32,000 nucleotides of DNA from assembly GCF_022493515.1 (NCBI RefSeq), contig NZ_CP028755.1; one strand, 5' to 3'. The position numbers and the translations under genes are program-made. Positions 28,507 to 32,000 of the stretch are shown here, in pieces. Numbering within the stretch: position 1 is the stretch's first letter; each line of letters opens with the position of its first letter. Below the pieces are notes generated by a model, which searched no databases, was not told the origin of the DNA, and saw nothing but the letters and a program-made list of their open reading frames with translations. The stretch is from Escherichia coli. GTDB lineage: Bacteria > Pseudomonadota > Gammaproteobacteria > Enterobacterales > Enterobacteriaceae.

Positions 28507-29642
28507 CCTTTTTTCCCTCCACTGTTTTTGAGCGTCAGCACCGGGCGCAGTCGCGCGACAGGAATAATTAACCCAGCCAGCACCAGACATTGCACCACGC
28601 TTTCAGCCGATTTATAGGCTTGTGGCGCTTCTTCAAAGATGAGTTGTTTATCGCGACAAATTACCCGACTGCCAAGTTCAGTCCGCGAGAGTTGCGTCGC
28701 CGTGTATTTCGCTGCCAGACGCCCTTTACACTCGGTGCGCCCCCATTTACGCCCCGCCCCATGCGCCAGCGAGTGGAGCGTTTTTTCGTTCGCAACAGGT
28801 TTAACCAGCCAGGAGTAATCGCCGCGTGAACCGGGAATAATCACCAGACCGTTGTCATCCGGCGTGGCACCTTTACGATGCAACCAGCCCTGTTGATCGC
28901 CGATTTGGCACGCGCTAACAAAGTTATGCGCCACATCCAGAACCGGACTTCCGGTGGCCTTAACTTGTTGCATTATGCGCAAAGCGATCAGCTGGCGATT
29001 AATACGCGCAAACGCCAGCGCATCGTCATGTTCCGCAATATAGCGTAGCGCGTCGTCACTGCCTTCAGGCAAACCATGATGCGAAAACGAGGCAATATGC
29101 CGCTGTAAAATAGACTGCCCCAATCCCCTCGAGCCGCTATGAACCAGCAGTTGCAGATGCTGCGCATCCAGACCAGCCAGTGCAAACAGTTCCGCGTCGA
29201 TAATTTGATCAATCTGTTGCAGTTCTGCGAAGTGGTTACCGCCACCGATGGAGCCAAGCGAGTTGCGCCACGGATGCTGTGCAAATGCTGACGGCAGGTT
29301 TTCCTCCAGCCAGCTTTCTTCAGCAACGTCATCCAGATCTGATAATCGCTTTTCAAACTTATCGGCGTTGTATTTGCGAGCGAGAATATCTGTTTGCCAT
29401 AGCGCCATGCCGCAGCCGATATCATTGCCGACCAGTGCCGGGTAAAAACGACCAACAGAGAAGAACGCTGCGCCAATCGGGTAGCCGCGTCCGGGATGTA
29501 AATCTGGCATCCCCACAACGCGCTGCATGTTGGGTAAATTTGCCGTGGTGTGTAATTGTTGGATCGCTAAACTCTCGATCCACAGGTCATCAGATGCGAT
29601 GGTAAATACCGCATCGGATAAGGGACGAATATATTTGCCCAT
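28503..29642 (-). CDS. RtcB-family RNA ligase paired with PrfH (RtcB2-like)
   Basis: [30 protein letters not shown]...[17 protein letters not shown]...GNDIGCGM...NHFAELQQ...[10 protein letters not shown] RtcB-family motifs. Confidence 0.92.
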   Translation of the reverse strand: MGKYIRPLSDAVFTIASDDLWIESLAIQQLHTTANLPNMQRVVGMPDLHPGRGYPIGAAFFSVGRFYPALVGNDIGCGMALWQTDILARKYNADKFEKRLSDLDDVAEESWLEENLPSAFAQHPWRNSLGSIGGGNHFAELQQIDQIIDAELFALAGLDAQHLQLLVHSGSRGLGQSILQRHIASFSHHGLPEGSDDALRYIAEHDDALAFARINRQLIALRIMQQVKATGSPVLDVAHNFVSACQIGDQQGWLHRKGATPDDNGLVIIPGSRGDYSWLVKPVANEKTLHSLAHGAGRKWGRTECKGRLAAKYTATQLSRTELGSRVICRDKQLIFEEAPQAYKSAESVVQCLVLAGLIIPVARLRPVLTLKNSGGKKG

Positions 29643-29831
29643 GTACCATTCCATTTATGAATAAAAATCAGGAAATGGCAGACGAATCCAGGGCAAGAAA
29701 AAAGAATTAATCCTGGAAAGGTCTGCAAAGAGTCATTGATAAAGGATTTGTCATGATTTACCTCCTTGCAGTTTGTGGAATAAGAAAACGCGCACATACT
29801 AGACGGGCGTTATTTTCATTGCAAGCTGGAT

Positions 29832-30284
29832 TTAATGTTGCGGTTTATATCGCATATAAAAATTAGTAAACCACGTTCCCCGGCATTCAACGCGCTGCTG
29901 CTTAACTGTCTGAAAACCATAACGTTCAAAAAAGGGTTTTGCGGTTATGCTGGCGTCCACCGTAAGTTCGGATTCAGACTTAATCAATGGTTTTAACAAA
30001 GCGCTGGCAACCCCGCGTCGGGTGTATTCCGGTTCAACAAATAACATATCGATATAATGTCCAATGCGGGTAATAAAACCAACCGGTTGTGCATTAATAA
30101 CTGCAACCCGCACTTGTGATTTCGCGAGTTTCTCCTTCCAGCGAGATTCGTCAATCTGCGCCCAGGCGGCAATTTGCTGTGGAGAATAGTGCTGACTCGC
30201 CGTCATCGTAACAGCTCGAAGGAAAATAGCGCATAGTTGCTGAAAATCACCAGGCTGATAGTTTCTTATTTGTATGTTATTCAT
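29832..30284 (-). CDS. yafP: GNAT-family acetyltransferase YafP
   Basis: 150 aa MNNIQIRNYQPGDFQQLCAIFLRAV... Confidence 0.96.
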   Translation of the reverse strand: MNNIQIRNYQPGDFQQLCAIFLRAVTMTASQHYSPQQIAAWAQIDESRWKEKLAKSQVRVAVINAQPVGFITRIGHYIDMLFVEPEYTRRGVASALLKPLIKSESELTVDASITAKPFFERYGFQTVKQQRVECRGTWFTNFYMRYKPQH

Positions 30285-30293
30285 AATATAAAT

Positions 30294-30692
30294 TCAAAAA
30301 CGCATGCGAAACGCTTCTGCCATTTTCCCAATTTTATGCATTTGGTTGTTATCTCGAGCCAGTTTATGAGGTTCAGGTTTCAGAATGGCAATGAGCAACC
30401 ATGCTTGCTCATCAAACGCGCCCTGACAATATACCAAATGCGCTGCGTCATTCGTTCTGCTGAATTGGCGCAACTGTGGCGGAAATGGATTATTCACATT
30501 TGCCAGATGAATATGAGCAACTCGCTCAAATTTGATTAATGGCCAGGTAAACGAGTCGTCGTAGAGTGCATCACGACCAAATATATCTGGCAAAACACCG
30601 TCACGCTTATAGGAAATAAAATCCGCCGTTAACGCTTCAAGTTCCTCTGCTGTAAGTTGCAGGCGAATAAGTTTTGTTTTGAATACCCGCAT
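30294..30692 (-). CDS. yafO: mRNA interferase toxin YafO
   Basis: 132 aa MRVFKTKLIRLQLTAEELEALTADF... Confidence 0.97.
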   Translation of the reverse strand: MRVFKTKLIRLQLTAEELEALTADFISYKRDGVLPDIFGRDALYDDSFTWPLIKFERVAHIHLANVNNPFPPQLRQFSRTNDAAHLVYCQGAFDEQAWLLIAILKPEPHKLARDNNQMHKIGKMAEAFRMRF

Positions 30693-30694
30693 CC

Positions 30695-30988
30695 TTATTC
30701 CTTAAAGTCATTGAAATCATCATCCGTCATATCATTAAGATATTGTTCAGCGCGGCGTGTAATTTCCTCTAATCTTGCAGCACTCGGACGGAAGCGCGCC
30801 TTTATGGGCTTTTTCTCCTCTTGTTCTGCAAGCATGTCCATTAATGCTTCAAATGCGCTGGCACTTAAGAGATATCCTGCGGGGCGATTATTAGAAAGAA
30901 CCGCAACAGGTTGATCAATAAAGTATTTAGCTGGGTTTTTACGTAACTCAGTGATATTGACCGATTTTTCAGCGAGAATTCGATGCAT
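30695..30988 (-). CDS. yafN: Antitoxin YafN
   Basis: 97 aa MHRILAEKSVNITELRKNPAKYF... Confidence 0.97.
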   Translation of the reverse strand: MHRILAEKSVNITELRKNPAKYFIDQPVAVLSNNRPAGYLLSASAFEALMDMLAEQEEKKPIKARFRPSAARLEEITRRAEQYLNDMTDDDFNDFKE

Positions 30989-31039
30989 ACAGTGATCTCC
31001 TCATAATAATGCACACTAGAATATACAAAATAGTATACA

Positions 31040-32000
31040 TCATAATCCCAGCACCAGTTGTCTTTCCATTTGCGGGTCAAGCAACGTCACATGCAGCCCC
31101 ACCAGTCGCACACCGCGCCCGCCGCGGCGTTCATCCCAGGTTTTACGCGCGGTGGCGATTAGATCAGATTTATTCAGCCGCGGCCAGACGTGTTCCTGGG
31201 TGGTTTGCTGAAAATCGTCGAACTTTAATTTCACCCCCTGGCGGGCAATCAGCAAATCAGGTTTTACCTTTGCCAAACGACGCTCCAGTTCAGGGTAAAG
31301 CCGCTCGATGATCGCTTCACATTCAGACCAGTGATGAATATCTTCCGCCATCGTGCGTTCCACGCCGACGGATTTTCGCAACCGTTCGCTGTTAACATCG
31401 CGTTCGTCAATGCCCTGACTACGCTCCCACAAAATGCGGCCAAATTTGCCAAAGCGTTTAAGCAGCATCACCAGATCACACTTTTGCACATCACCGCAGG
31501 TTCGTAGCCCCATCGCTTCCAGTTTAGCCGCTGAGACTTTGCCGACGCCGGGAATTTTTGCCAGCGGTAAGGTTTGCAGAAATGCCGGAACCTCAGCCGG
31601 AGTAATCACAAACTGACCGTTGGGTTTATTCATGTCGGAGGCGATTTTGGCGAGAAACTTGACCGGCGCAACGCCCGCAGACGCCGTCAGTTGCAGCTCG
31701 TTGAAGATCGTCTGGCGGATTTCCTGGGCGATGAGGGTCGCAGAACCGTGGCAATGGACGCTATCGGTGACATCGAGATAGGCTTCATCCAGTGATAACG
31801 GTTCAATGCGCGAGGTATAGCGCGAGAAAATTTCGCGGATATGATTTGAGGCTTCTTTGTAGGCGTCAAAGCGCCCTGGAAGCAAGGTGAGATGCGGGCA
31901 TAATTTGAGCGCCATCCCTGTCGGCATAGCGCTACGTACGCCAAATTTACGCGCGGGATAATTGGCGGTGCTGATTACCCCCCGTCGTTCGCGGCTGCCG
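31040..32000 (-). CDS. dinB: DNA polymerase IV, 5' end truncated by window edge
   Basis: ...RERRGVISTANYPARKFGVRSAMPTGMALKLCPHLTLLPGRFDAYKEAS...; reading frame runs off the right edge. Confidence 0.97.
   Translation of the reverse strand, partial: GSRERRGVISTANYPARKFGVRSAMPTGMALKLCPHLTLLPGRFDAYKEASNHIREIFSRYTSRIEPLSLDEAYLDVTDSVHCHGSATLIAQEIRQTIFNELQLTASAGVAPVKFLAKIASDMNKPNGQFVITPAEVPAFLQTLPLAKIPGVGKVSAAKLEAMGLRTCGDVQKCDLVMLLKRFGKFGRILWERSQGIDERDVNSERLRKSVGVERTMAEDIHHWSECEAIIERLYPELERRLAKVKPDLLIARQGVKLKFDDFQQTTQEHVWPRLNKSDLIATARKTWDERRGGRGVRLVGLHVTLLDPQMERQLVLGL

Overview
Escherichia coli chromosomal window. Both flanks are backbone: yagU on the left; thrW, proA, proB, phoE, crl, frsA, gpt, pepD, prfH, an rtcB-like gene, yafP, yafO, yafN and partial dinB on the right. 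Between them is an ~18.3 kb integrative element (about 1590-19940) inserted at the 3' end of the thrW tRNA gene. Its control and replication half is P4-satellite/PICI-like: P4-type integrase, a densely structured RNA region resembling P4 CI / P1 C4, AlpA, an AntA/AntB-type protein, DUF4222, Ash with a nested Icd-like frame, and an alpha-like primase + DUF927 helicase. It also carries a four-gene P22-like cassette (gp14, gp7, gp20, gp16-like) with its own upstream terminator and candidate promoter. No capsid, portal, terminase or tail genes are visible. A convergent small membrane protein sits where P22 carries sieA. Main discovery candidate: two replication-origin-like iteron clusters ~8 kb apart (2275-2386 and 10318-10428). 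Both are built from the exact 9-mer GTTGGTTCA/TGAACCAAC, both have a 43-bp AT-rich spacer, they are in opposite orientation, and they share an exact 28-bp sequence. This parallels P4 ori/crr and suggests an alpha-dependent satellite replicon carrying P22-type DNA-ejection proteins. Other points of note: an out-of-frame primase/helicase junction, an Abi_2-like gene cut by one amber codon, several palindromic control regions, and an intact prfH/rtcB-like pair. All calls come from reading the sequence; no database search was run.
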